In this document: positions 26,322-39,984 of the stretch, piece by piece | How positions within the stretch are numbered: position 1 is the stretch's first letter | Layout of the letters: every line of letters begins with the position of its first letter | Source: Candidatus Enteromonas sp. | GTDB taxonomy: Bacteria > Bacillota_I > Bacilli_A > RFN20 > CAG-826 | Direction: 5' to 3' | DNA length: 64,000 nt | Assembly: GCA_034089705.1 (NCBI GenBank) | Contig: JAXDTZ010000022.1 | Location: 12,848 to 76,847, forward strand | Made by a program: the position numbers and the translations under genes | The notes under the pieces: generated by a model | What the model was told of the DNA's origin: nothing | The model's database searches: none | Seen by the model: the letters and a program-made list of their open reading frames with translations, nothing else

Positions 26322-27373
26322 TGATCGCCTTATTCCTTGATAGCAGTGAAAAGAACCTCACGGTCGGATTATCCGTGAATGGCGTTTTGACTTCGGTCAC
26401 CAAAGAAGCTTGGCAACAGCAAAGCGAGTTCATGGTGGACGAAATCGATCGTTTGCTCCGATCCTCTAAAGTCAGCCCCAAGTCCGTGGAAGCGATCGCG
26501 GTCACCAAGGGGCCGGGATCTTACACGGGGGTTCGCATCGCCCTTTCTATCGCCAAAACCATGTCCTTTGCTCTCAACGTTCCTCTGTACTTGGTCAGTT
26601 CCTTGCAGGCTAGAAAGCAAGGGGACGTCCCTTCTATTTGCCTCATGAACGCCCGGGGAAAACGTTCTTATTTCGGCGTTTACCAAGGCAAACAAACCCT
26701 GATAGAGGACTGCATCAAAACCAACGAAGAAGTCAAAGCCTACATCGCTTCCCATCTGGATTACGCGGTCTGCGGAGACCTCTCCTATTTGGGATTAGAA
26801 TCCCCGGAGCCCGACATTCCCGCGAACCTCTTGGATTTGCTCGACGAAGAGCATCGATGCCTCGAACCCCTCGGGGCTCGGCCCATCTACCTCAAGGACG
26901 ATTACGAGAATGGACGGATGAAAGCCATTGTCCGAAAGATGATGCCCGCGGATTTCGACGCGGTGCTGGAAATCGAACAAGAGGCCTTCTCCCATCCTTT
27001 TACGCGGGAAGATTTGCTCCGCGAAATGAACGAAAACCCCTTCGCCTACCAATATTGCGCGGTCGTGGACCACGAGGTGGTCGGCATGATCGACTTTTAC
27101 GTCACCTTCAATTCCGCGACCATCGCCCAGATCGCCGTGAAGAAATCCTTCCGGAGAAAAGGGATCGGGAATTTGCTGCTGGGCCAGCTTCTCAAGGATT
27201 GCGAATCCAAAGCCGAACCGGTGGAGTTTTTAACCTTGGAGGTTCGGGCCTCCAATTTGCCTGCCCAAGCGTTCTACAAGAAGCACAAATTCGAGAAAGT
27301 CACCGTCAAAAAGGCCTATTACGCGGATGGGGAAGACGCCATATACATGATGAGGTCATTGATCCATGCCTAA
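26318..27373 (+). CDS. tsaB: In-frame fusion of TsaB (YeaZ-like, N-terminal ~215 aa) and RimI-type GNAT N-acetyltransferase (C-terminal ~140 aa)
   Basis: The N-terminus ALFLDSSEKNLTVGL...ITKGPGSYTGVRIALSIAK is TsaB. It is followed, with no stop, by a GNAT fold (QIAVKKSFRRKGIGNLLL ... AQAFYKKHKFEKV). It overlaps the tsaE stop and the tsaD start. Confidence 0.7.
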   Translation: MMIALFLDSSEKNLTVGLSVNGVLTSVTKEAWQQQSEFMVDEIDRLLRSSKVSPKSVEAIAVTKGPGSYTGVRIALSIAKTMSFALNVPLYLVSSLQARKQGDVPSICLMNARGKRSYFGVYQGKQTLIEDCIKTNEEVKAYIASHLDYAVCGDLSYLGLESPEPDIPANLLDLLDEEHRCLEPLGARPIYLKDDYENGRMKAIVRKMMPADFDAVLEIEQEAFSHPFTREDLLREMNENPFAYQYCAVVDHEVVGMIDFYVTFNSATIAQIAVKKSFRRKGIGNLLLGQLLKDCESKAEPVEFLTLEVRASNLPAQAFYKKHKFEKVTVKKAYYADGEDAIYMMRSLIHA

Positions 27374-28385
27374 GATTTTAGCGATTGAATCGAGCTGCGA
27401 CGAAACCGCGGTCGCGATTACCGACGACGGGAAATTGCTCGCCAACGTGGTGGCGACCCAGATCGCCGTCCACGAAAAATTCGGAGGGGTCATGCCGGAA
27501 ATTGCTTCCCGCCTCCATTGCGAGAACATCACGGTTTGCTTGACCCAGGCTTTGGAAGAAGCCCATTTGAAATTAGAAGACATCGACGCGTTCGCAGTCA
27601 CCCGGGGCCCCGGCCTCATCGGATGCCTGCACGTTGGGCTGCAAGCCGCCAAAACGTTGGCGATGATTTATTCTAAGCCTTTGATCCCGGTCCACCATTT
27701 GGCTGGCCACATTTACGCGAACCAGTACGTCGGGGATTTCCGTTTCCCTTTGCTTTGCGTCGTGGTTTCCGGAGGCAATACCGAGCTCGTCATCATGAGG
27801 GATCACCTCGATTTTGAAATCATCGGGGAAACCAAAGACGACGCGGTTGGGGAATGCTATGACAAGGTCGCCCGCGTTTTGGGACTTCCTTATCCTGGGG
27901 GCCTTCCCATCGATCAACACGCCAAAAACGGGCAACACACCTACGATTTGCCCGTTCCCTCCTCCCCAGGAGGAAAATACGATTTCTCGTATTCGGGCCT
28001 CAAAACCAGCGTCATCAATCTCGCCAATTCCCTGAAAATGAAGGGAACGCCGATTCGAATCGACGACATGGCGCGTTCCTTCCAAGACGTCGCGATTTCG
28101 ATGATTGTGGACCGCGCTTTGCTCGCCGCGAAAGATTATTCCGTGAAGCAAATCATTTTGGCGGGCGGGGTCAGCGCCAATTCCTATCTCCGCGCCCAAA
28201 TGAAGGAAAAATTGGAAGGGACCGGCATCGATCTCATCATCCCGCCCCTTTGGTGCACGACCGATAACGCGGCCATGATTGCCAAAGTCGCCGAACTCCT
28301 GTACGAACGCAAAATATTCGCTCCGTTGACCTTGGGGGTGGACCCCAACTGGAAAATCGATCATTGGAACGATTTCTCTAACTAA
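27366..28385 (+). CDS. tsaD: tRNA N6-adenosine threonylcarbamoyltransferase TsaD
   Basis: MPKILAIESSCDETAVAI, paired HxxH metal-binding region, GGVSAN. Confidence 0.9.
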   Translation: MPKILAIESSCDETAVAITDDGKLLANVVATQIAVHEKFGGVMPEIASRLHCENITVCLTQALEEAHLKLEDIDAFAVTRGPGLIGCLHVGLQAAKTLAMIYSKPLIPVHHLAGHIYANQYVGDFRFPLLCVVVSGGNTELVIMRDHLDFEIIGETKDDAVGECYDKVARVLGLPYPGGLPIDQHAKNGQHTYDLPVPSSPGGKYDFSYSGLKTSVINLANSLKMKGTPIRIDDMARSFQDVAISMIVDRALLAAKDYSVKQIILAGGVSANSYLRAQMKEKLEGTGIDLIIPPLWCTTDNAAMIAKVAELLYERKIFAPLTLGVDPNWKIDHWNDFSN

Positions 28386-28454
28386 CGAAATTGGTTTTCC
28401 TCGCCCTTTTTTCGCGCGCGCATTCTTCCCAAAAACTTTCTTCGCGTTATACTT

Positions 28455-29855
28455 ATGGGCATGCAAAAGAAATCGATTTTGGTTAGCGACCTCTACGCTC
28501 GCTTCGCCGCCAAAGAAGACCTCACCCAAATTGGCGACGTGTATTTATCCGGGTGGGTCCGCACGAATCGGGATTCCGGTTCGATCGGTTTTATCGCCCT
28601 CAACGATGGCACCTGCTTCAAGAACATTCAAATCGTTTATAATGGGGATTTGCCGAACCACGATGTCGTTTCCCACCTTTTGACGGGCGCCGCCATCGGG
28701 GTCAAAGGCGCTTTGGTGTTCACTCCCGAAATGAAACAACCATTCGAAATCCAAGCCAAAGAAATCGAAGTCTTGGGGGAATGCGCTTCCGATTACCCCT
28801 TGCAAAAGAAACGCCATTCCTTTGAATACCTTCGCGAAGAAGCCTATCTCCGTCCTCGGACCAATACTTTCACCGCCTTGTATCGCCTCCGCAGCGTCCT
28901 CGCCCGCGGAGTCCACGAATTCTTTCAAGATCGCGGATTCATCTACGTCCATACCCCGGAAATCACTTCCAACGACGCCGAAGGGGCCGGACAAGTTTTC
29001 TCCATCGCGACGCCGGATGAAAACGGCAAACTTTCCGATACCGAATTCTTCGGTGAGCGCGCCTCGCTAACCGTTTCGGGGCAACTTCACGTCGAAGCTT
29101 TCGCCATGGCTTTCCGTGACGTTTACACCTTTGGCCCGACTTTCCGCGCCGAAAAATCCAATACCCCCCGCCACGCTTCGGAATTCTGGATGATCGAACC
29201 CGAAATCGCGTTCGCGGACCTCGACGATGACATGGAACTCATGGAAGACACCATCAAGTTCCTGATCCGATATGCCCTGGACAAATGTCCGGAGGAAATG
29301 GCGTTCTTCGACAAGATGATCGCCCCCGGCCTTTTGGACAAACTCCATGGCGTTTTGGCGACCCCGTTCACTAAGATGACGTACACCGAAGGGATCGAAA
29401 TCCTTCAAGAAGCGGTCAAGAAAGGGCACAAATTCGAGAACCCCAACATTTATTGGGGAATGGACCTCCAATCGGAGCATGAGCGGTATTTGACCGAAGA
29501 AGTGGTCAAAGGACCGATGTTCCTCATCAACTACCCCAAAGAGATCAAATCCTTCTACATGCGGGAGAACGACGATGGCAAAACCGTCGCCGCCTGCGAT
29601 TGCTTGGTCCCTGGGGAAGGGGAAATCATCGGAGGCTCCCAACGCGAAGAACGTTACGACATTTTGAAACGCAAAATGGAAGCCCTCGGAAACGAAAAGG
29701 GCCTAGAATGGTACCTGAATTTGCGGAAATGGGGCGGATGCATCCATTCCGGATTCGGCATCGGATTCGATCGCTTGCTCATGTACATCACCGGGGTTTC
29801 CAATATCCGCGACACCGAACCGTTCCCGCGGACCAGTTCCCAACTCCGTTATTAA
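28455..29855 (+). CDS. asnS: Asparagine--tRNA ligase
   Basis: Class II motifs: FRAEKSNTPRHASEFWMIEPE is motif 2 of AsnRS type. Motif 3 is GGSQREERYDIL ... GFGIGFDRLLMYITG. An N-terminal OB-fold anticodon-binding domain is present. Confidence 0.9.
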   Translation: MGMQKKSILVSDLYARFAAKEDLTQIGDVYLSGWVRTNRDSGSIGFIALNDGTCFKNIQIVYNGDLPNHDVVSHLLTGAAIGVKGALVFTPEMKQPFEIQAKEIEVLGECASDYPLQKKRHSFEYLREEAYLRPRTNTFTALYRLRSVLARGVHEFFQDRGFIYVHTPEITSNDAEGAGQVFSIATPDENGKLSDTEFFGERASLTVSGQLHVEAFAMAFRDVYTFGPTFRAEKSNTPRHASEFWMIEPEIAFADLDDDMELMEDTIKFLIRYALDKCPEEMAFFDKMIAPGLLDKLHGVLATPFTKMTYTEGIEILQEAVKKGHKFENPNIYWGMDLQSEHERYLTEEVVKGPMFLINYPKEIKSFYMRENDDGKTVAACDCLVPGEGEIIGGSQREERYDILKRKMEALGNEKGLEWYLNLRKWGGCIHSGFGIGFDRLLMYITGVSNIRDTEPFPRTSSQLRY

Positions 29856-29861
29856 TCGCTT

Positions 29862-30134
29862 ATGGACCCATATACCCCGCAGAGCCCAACTACCCCCCAA
29901 GGGAACGCCCCCGCTTCTCCTAGCGGCGCTTTTCCTTATTCCGGGGCTCCGGTTCCTGGATATGGGATGCCCCCGGTTATGGGGGAGGTTTCGGGAGAAA
30001 CAAACCCCAATAACCCCGAAGAAGAGAGAAAAGCGAAAATGCGCCAGCGCCTATTCTGGCTCTTCTTCGTTTTGTCGTTGATTTTGTTGGCGTTGATTGT
30101 CTGGGAAGTCGTGGATTGCTTCGCCGGATATTGA
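29862..30134 (+). CDS. Small Pro-rich protein with C-terminal TM anchor (90 aa)
   Basis: Disordered P/G/S-rich N-terminus, a basic stretch, then the hydrophobic helix LFWLFFVLSLILLALIVW. Its stop abuts the stop of the convergent minus-strand gene. Confidence 0.4.
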   Translation: MDPYTPQSPTTPQGNAPASPSGAFPYSGAPVPGYGMPPVMGEVSGETNPNNPEEERKAKMRQRLFWLFFVLSLILLALIVWEVVDCFAGY

Positions 30135-30794
30135 TTATTCTCCCGGCGGGAGAGGCGAATCGGGGGTGACGTGGATGTCGTCCCCGGCTTTGTAGTCCCG
30201 CAAGGACGGGTGGTAAATGCTGTGAGACAAGGAGTCGATGCGCGCGGCCCTTGCCACATACCCTTGGCATACCACGAAATACCAGACCCCGGCAACGAGG
30301 AGCAAAGCGACTTCGATGTAATGGTGCAGATGCTCGATATGGAATTCGGGGTTGTGCGATACCGGGGGGATGCTTCCGATGATGGAGAGGCCGAAGAAGC
30401 GGATGATGACGCCTTCCGCGTTCCAGTCAAACCAGAAGAAGAGCTCGGCGAAATCCCCGAAGATATCCGGGGTCCAATTTTGGGTGATCAAGCATTCGAC
30501 GAGATAGATCGCGGACATGAGGGCGAGAATCGAAAACGGCCACAGGGAATCGCGGAATAAAGCCCGGTTGTTGGCTTTGAATCCGAACCGGCGCAGTTCT
30601 TTTCCGTTTTTCACCACGTGGGAACGGACCACGTTATTCAAAAACCCTTCCGCGCGATCGGCTTGCCGGTTGAACACAAACCGCCATAACCCTCCGAGGA
30701 GTCCAATGAACAAGAAAAGGATGACGAGGATGACGATGCTGATGATGAGGGAGCGGCGGTCCGCTTCCTGAGCGAGAATTAACAGGAAGTTCAT
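30135..30794 (-). CDS. Membrane protein (4 TM) of unknown function
   Basis: 219-aa hydrophobic ORF, last gene of a 3-gene minus-strand operon. ATGA overlap with the upstream gene. Confidence 0.5.
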   Translation of the reverse strand: MNFLLILAQEADRRSLIISIVILVILFLFIGLLGGLWRFVFNRQADRAEGFLNNVVRSHVVKNGKELRRFGFKANNRALFRDSLWPFSILALMSAIYLVECLITQNWTPDIFGDFAELFFWFDWNAEGVIIRFFGLSIIGSIPPVSHNPEFHIEHLHHYIEVALLLVAGVWYFVVCQGYVARAARIDSLSHSIYHPSLRDYKAGDDIHVTPDSPLPPGE

Positions 30795-31276
30795 TCGTGG
30801 GGGCCCTCGGTTAAATCAATGGTGGGGAAAGAAGCGATGGGAGGGGGATTGGTGGCCCCGATTTGCGGGGTTTGGGGGTTCGATGCGGGCGGAATCTGTC
30901 CAGGAGCGGCATTCGCGGGAGGCAAAGGAGGATTCCCATATTGCGGGGGAATCGGGGGGATTCCCGGATTCTGCTGGCCGTTTGGATAGGGGTAGAAGTT
31001 TTGTTGGACGTAGACGTTATTGGGTTGTTGGGCTTGGGCTTGGGGAGAGGCCGCGCGTTGCTCATCCAAACTCCGTTGGAGAATGTCCATGGCTTTCACG
31101 TCTTCCGGGAACATCGGGAAGCATTTTTCCCCACGGAAGAAATGGACCAACATGATAACGAGTTCCACGAGAAAAACCGGGATGCCAAACACGGCAACCA
31201 GGGCGACGCCGACGAGGACGAAGGGCAGGAGAAGCACCCAAAGAAATCCCCAGCCAAACCACTTTAAGAATGCCAT
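30791..31276 (-). CDS. 2-TM membrane protein with long Pro/Gln-rich C-terminal tail
   Basis: N-terminal hydrophobic hairpin, then QAQAQQPNNVYVQQNFYPYPNGQQNPGIPPIPPQYGNPPLPP.... It overlaps the upstream gene by 13 nt. Confidence 0.45.
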   Translation of the reverse strand: MAFLKWFGWGFLWVLLLPFVLVGVALVAVFGIPVFLVELVIMLVHFFRGEKCFPMFPEDVKAMDILQRSLDEQRAASPQAQAQQPNNVYVQQNFYPYPNGQQNPGIPPIPPQYGNPPLPPANAAPGQIPPASNPQTPQIGATNPPPIASFPTIDLTEGPHE

Positions 31277-32187
31277 TGCCGTTCCATTTTATTGCCTGCG
31301 CGCCCGTTGCGCAATGCAAGATATCCGAGGTTAATCGCAAGGATGAAACTAAACGGTATGGCGAATAGAAGGAGCCCAAAACCGCTGGGAAAGAGGGAAT
31401 AGAGGGACGCAAATAGCAGAATTGAGACAAAAAGAGCGAGGACGTATATGCCAATTTGCCATTTGGAGAGGGAATGGAAACCCAAAAAGGAAGCGACGCA
31501 GAAGAAGAAAAGGCATCCTAACCCCATGTAGGAGACACCGATGTATACCCGGGAAAAGAACACGAGAACGGTCAAGGAAACGACTCCCCCAATGGCCAAG
31601 AACGAATCCTTCGGGATATCGGAAATGTGGGGAAGATATCGATTTCCGAACACCAAGGAAGTGAATAAGTGGGTGATAAGGGATTGACCGAAGGAATAAG
31701 CTAGGCAAAAAAGAGGGAAAATAAAGGAGGCGTAGGTGGATTTTCCCCAAAAAATTGGGGAAGAGAACACATCGTAAAAGGTGATTCCATAAATGAGTTT
31801 GGAGACGGGGATGCTTAAGAAGAACAAACCGCATTCCACCATCGCGCTCCAAAAGAGGATCTGGGGGAAGTCATATTTCTTGCGGATCATGCGTCCGTAA
31901 GTCGCCCCCAGAATCAAAGCCGGAAGCAAATAAAACAGAAGGCCCTGCACGTCGAAAAATGAGGTGAGGAAGGATGTGAATAAGGCGCTTACGACGAATA
32001 AAGGGAGGGAAGAACCGGGGCAGGTCAAGGCCACGAACACCGACGCCAAAGGGGCGAGGAAGGTTAAAATTGGCATGCCCCAAGGGAAAACGGCGCAAAA
32101 AGCGGATAAGGCGGCGACCAGCGCAGAAAGGATCGCCATGGTGGCGATGGTCTGCGTTTTGCTCGTCCGTTCATCCATCCATTTCAT
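31264..32187 (-). CDS. Polytopic membrane protein (about 8 TM), unknown function
   Basis: 307-aa hydrophobic ORF. First gene of the minus-strand membrane-protein operon. Confidence 0.5.
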   Translation of the reverse strand: MKWMDERTSKTQTIATMAILSALVAALSAFCAVFPWGMPILTFLAPLASVFVALTCPGSSLPLFVVSALFTSFLTSFFDVQGLLFYLLPALILGATYGRMIRKKYDFPQILFWSAMVECGLFFLSIPVSKLIYGITFYDVFSSPIFWGKSTYASFIFPLFCLAYSFGQSLITHLFTSLVFGNRYLPHISDIPKDSFLAIGGVVSLTVLVFFSRVYIGVSYMGLGCLFFFCVASFLGFHSLSKWQIGIYVLALFVSILLFASLYSLFPSGFGLLLFAIPFSFILAINLGYLALRNGRAGNKMERQWHS

Positions 32188-32364
32188 CGAGATTATTGTA
32201 GGGCATTCGGTTTTCTTTTTCTCTATCTTTTCGAATGGGGAGCGATGGTTTTCCCCATTTTCCTAGACAGTGGATACGTTTTGGGGAGAAAAGTCGAAAA
32301 ATCGATTTTTTCTTTCTCGTTCTTTCTTAAAGAAAGACTGCTTTCGAAGTACAATATCTCCGTT

Positions 32365-36641
<4,277 letters not shown>

Positions 36642-36747
36642 TTTCCTCGGAATATTGATAGGTGTCCCTCATGGTTTTGGGAATTTTCCTTTTCGACCCC
36701 CTTGGATTTCGCAATCTTGTTTTTTCGCGCGCCAAGACGCGCGTAGA

Positions 36748-36759
36748 CGTGTATAATTC
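36748..36759 (+). promoter_or_regulatory. Extended -10 promoter CGTGTATAATTC upstream of gatCAB, preceded by the CGCGCG-ccaaga-CGCGCG palindrome
   Basis: TATAAT at 36752-36757 with TG at -15/-14. Identical 12-mer to 25246-25257. Confidence 0.4.
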
Positions 36760-36788
36760 TTTTTGAATTTGGCATAGGAGATTTCCGC

Positions 36789-37085
36789 ATGAAAGAAATG
36801 AACCTCGAAGTGCTTCAGGATGCCGCGAACCGACTTCTCTTTACGATGTCGGAGCAGGAATACAAAACCCTGCTCGACGAATTCGGCATCCTCACGAAGC
36901 AAATGGATACCATTGGCAAAATCGAAGGCCTCGATTCTTATGAACCGATGACTTTCCCGTTTGATTGCTCCACTTCCTTTTTACGGGAAGATGAGCCAGA
37001 AACCCCCTTATCGAGGGAAGAGGCTTTGAAGAACGCGGGGAGCGTGCAAGACAACGAAATCAAGCTCCCGAAGGTGGTGTTATGA
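36789..37085 (+). CDS. gatC: Asp-tRNA(Asn)/Glu-tRNA(Gln) amidotransferase subunit C
   Basis: 98 aa immediately upstream of gatA and overlapping it. AGGAG RBS. Confidence 0.8.
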   Translation: MKEMNLEVLQDAANRLLFTMSEQEYKTLLDEFGILTKQMDTIGKIEGLDSYEPMTFPFDCSTSFLREDEPETPLSREEALKNAGSVQDNEIKLPKVVL

Positions 37086-38548
37086 GTTATTTGGATTGTT
37101 CCATCCGCGAGATCCATCGCGCGCTCGTAGAGAAAAAAGTCACTCCCTTGGAACTTGCCAAGGAAGCCATTGCCAGGGCCAAAGCAAGCCCCGACAACGC
37201 CTTTGAAATGATTCTCGAGGAATCGGCTTTAAAAACGGCCGCCTCTTTGACCGAACCGGAAGAAGACAATCTCCTCTGGGGCATCCCCTATCTTGCCAAA
37301 GACAATTTCTCGACCAAAGGAATTGAAACCACGGCTTCGAGCAACGTCCTTAGCGGCTACGTCCCGCTATTTGACGCGACCGTGATCGCCAAACTCGCCG
37401 AAAAGAAATGCGTGTTGATCGGCAAAACCACCTTGGACGAACTCGCCATGGGCGGAACGGGGACCACGGGCCACAAAGGCATCACCTTCAACCCCTATGA
37501 CCCCAGCCATTCCCGCATGGTGGGCGGTTCGAGCTGCGGCAGCGCCGCGGCGGTGGCTTCCGCCATCGTGCCGTTTGCCCTTGGCAGCGACACGGGGGAT
37601 TCGGTGCGCAAACCCGCTTCCTTCGCCGGTTTGGTGGGAATGAAACCCACCTGGGGACGCATCAGCCGTTATGGCCTCTTCCCCTTCGCCCCGTCGCTCG
37701 ACCACGTTGGCTTCTTCACCCGCAACGTCGAAGACTCCGCGATTGTCCTCGAAGCCTTGGCGGGAAGGGACGAAATGGATTCCACTTCTTCCTTTGAACC
37801 CGTGGGGCATTACGTTCCGGACTCCGCTTCCTTGAAAGGGAAAAAGATTGTCGTGATTCGCGAAATCGTCGATTCGATTTCCGATGCCCACGTCCTCACT
37901 TCCTTCTACGCTTCGCTAAAAGCCATGGAAGAACAAGGCGCGGAGATTCTCTTCGTGAATTTTGGACTTCCGGAACTCCAAGCCATCTACGCGACCTACA
38001 TCGTCATTTCCTGCGCGGAAGCCACGAGCAACGACGCGAACCTCGACGGCATCAAATTCGGGCCCTTCCGGGGAGGCAACTCCTACCAGGAAGTCATGTC
38101 CAACGCCCGCACCCAAGGGTTCTCCGAGCTCATCAAGCGCCGCTTCGTCATCGGGAGCTTTGCTCTTATGCGGGAGAACCAGGACGTCCTCTTCCTTCGC
38201 GCGCAAAAAGTCCGCGCGAAGATCGTCGATCGCTTAACCACCATTCTCCAAGAGGCGGATGCGGTTTACGTCCCCGCCGCCCCTTCGATCGCCCCCTTAT
38301 TGCAAAATAGCAGCGACAAGCTGAGCAATGAATATTTGATCGCCGACAACCACCTCGCCTTAGGCAACTTCGCAGGCCTTCCGAGCGTCACGATTCCCTT
38401 GACGATCGAAAACGGAATGCCCGTGGGGGTGAACCTCATGACCAAGGCATTCGACGAAGCCACGCTTTATGAAATCGCGAAAGCCCTCGAAGGCATCACC
38501 GGACTCGCCGGGCTTTCTTCGCTTCACCCATTGGAGGCACGTTTATGA
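37082..38548 (+). CDS. gatA: Glu-tRNA(Gln)/Asp-tRNA(Asn) amidotransferase subunit A
   Basis: Amidase signature GGSSCGSAAAVAS and the Ser-cisSer-Lys triad region. Confidence 0.9.
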   Translation: MSYLDCSIREIHRALVEKKVTPLELAKEAIARAKASPDNAFEMILEESALKTAASLTEPEEDNLLWGIPYLAKDNFSTKGIETTASSNVLSGYVPLFDATVIAKLAEKKCVLIGKTTLDELAMGGTGTTGHKGITFNPYDPSHSRMVGGSSCGSAAAVASAIVPFALGSDTGDSVRKPASFAGLVGMKPTWGRISRYGLFPFAPSLDHVGFFTRNVEDSAIVLEALAGRDEMDSTSSFEPVGHYVPDSASLKGKKIVVIREIVDSISDAHVLTSFYASLKAMEEQGAEILFVNFGLPELQAIYATYIVISCAEATSNDANLDGIKFGPFRGGNSYQEVMSNARTQGFSELIKRRFVIGSFALMRENQDVLFLRAQKVRAKIVDRLTTILQEADAVYVPAAPSIAPLLQNSSDKLSNEYLIADNHLALGNFAGLPSVTIPLTIENGMPVGVNLMTKAFDEATLYEIAKALEGITGLAGLSSLHPLEARL

Positions 38549-39975
38549 ACTTCGAAGCCATCATCGGTTTGGAAATCCACGTGGAGATGAAAACCCGCTC
38601 CAAAATGTTTTCTTCTTCCCCCAATTCCTTCTCCCGGGAGCCCAATACGGAAGTGACGCCGTTTGACATGGCTTATCCCGGCACGATGCCGCGGGTGAAC
38701 AAGCAGGCGGTCATCAACGCGATTCGCGTCGCTAGCGCCTTGCACATGACCATCGATCCCCTCGTTCGCTTCGATCGGAAGAATTATTTCTACGCCGACC
38801 TGCCGAAGGGATTCCAAATCACCCAACAATTCCATCCCATTGGACGGGATGGGTATCTCGAAATCGAAGCGAAGGACGGTTCGATCAAGCGGATTCGCAT
38901 CGAACGCATCCACATGGAAGAAGACACCTGCAAGCAACTCCATTTCGCGGATTATTCCTTGTTGGACTACAACCGCGCCGGAGTGCCCCTCGTGGAAATC
39001 GTCTCTTGCCCCGACATCCGAAATGGAACCGAGGCCATGCGTTACGTGGAAGCCATCCGCAACATCGTCCTCTATAGCGGGACGAGCGATGGCAAGATGG
39101 AAGAAGGGTCCCTCCGTTGCGACGTCAACGTTTCTTTGCGCCCCTACGGCAGCAAGGAATTCGGCACCAAAGTGGAACTCAAGAACCTTAATTCCACCAA
39201 AAACATCGAAATCGCCCTCGATTACGAAATCGCCCGCCAAAGCGCTTGCTTATTAAGCGGCATCCCGATTCGCCAAGAAACCCGCCGCTTCGACGAAGCC
39301 AGCGGCAAAACTATCCTCATGCGCGTGAAAACCGACGCGGTGGATTACAAATACTTCCCTGAACCCAACATCGTACCCATCCGTCTTTCCCCGGAGTTCG
39401 TCCAAGAAGCGATCGACACTTGCCCCGAACTCTACGATTCCAAGAAGAAGCGCTACCTCGCCTTGGGCCTCCCCAAGACCGATGCCGAAATCCTCTTGTC
39501 CGACGTGGACATGGCAAAGTATTTCGAATCCGCTTCCCAAGGGAACGAATCCCTCGCGAAGATCATCTCCAACTTCTTGATCGTGGAAATCAACGCCTAT
39601 CGGAACAAGAAGGGAATCGCGATGAAGGATTTCCCGCTTCCCCCGGCCCATTTGGCCCAAATCGCCGCCTACCAAGCGGAGGGATACACCCATAAGCAAT
39701 GCAGCGACATCTTGCAATATTGCTTGGACCAATCCGTGTCCCCGGAAGAGGCCAAAGCGGCGAAGAACATCCAAAAGCAAAGCGCCGATTCGGGCGAAGT
39801 CCTTTCCTTCGTCACGGCGGTCTTGGACGCCAATCCCCAAAGCATCGCCGACTTCAAAGCCGGGAAAGACCGGGCCAAGGGATTCTTGATCGGCCAAGTC
39901 ATGAAAGCCGCCAAAGGGAAGGTCAACCCTTCCGCGGTGGCCAAGGTCATGGACGAGGAACTCGCCAAGCGATAA
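38545..39975 (+). CDS. gatB: Glu-tRNA(Gln)/Asp-tRNA(Asn) amidotransferase subunit B
   Basis: N-terminal MNFEAIIGLEIHVEMKT..., GatB/YqeY C-terminal domain. ATGA overlap with gatA. Confidence 0.9.
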   Translation: MNFEAIIGLEIHVEMKTRSKMFSSSPNSFSREPNTEVTPFDMAYPGTMPRVNKQAVINAIRVASALHMTIDPLVRFDRKNYFYADLPKGFQITQQFHPIGRDGYLEIEAKDGSIKRIRIERIHMEEDTCKQLHFADYSLLDYNRAGVPLVEIVSCPDIRNGTEAMRYVEAIRNIVLYSGTSDGKMEEGSLRCDVNVSLRPYGSKEFGTKVELKNLNSTKNIEIALDYEIARQSACLLSGIPIRQETRRFDEASGKTILMRVKTDAVDYKYFPEPNIVPIRLSPEFVQEAIDTCPELYDSKKKRYLALGLPKTDAEILLSDVDMAKYFESASQGNESLAKIISNFLIVEINAYRNKKGIAMKDFPLPPAHLAQIAAYQAEGYTHKQCSDILQYCLDQSVSPEEAKAAKNIQKQSADSGEVLSFVTAVLDANPQSIADFKAGKDRAKGFLIGQVMKAAKGKVNPSAVAKVMDEELAKR

Positions 39976-39984
39976 GGAGGTTTC

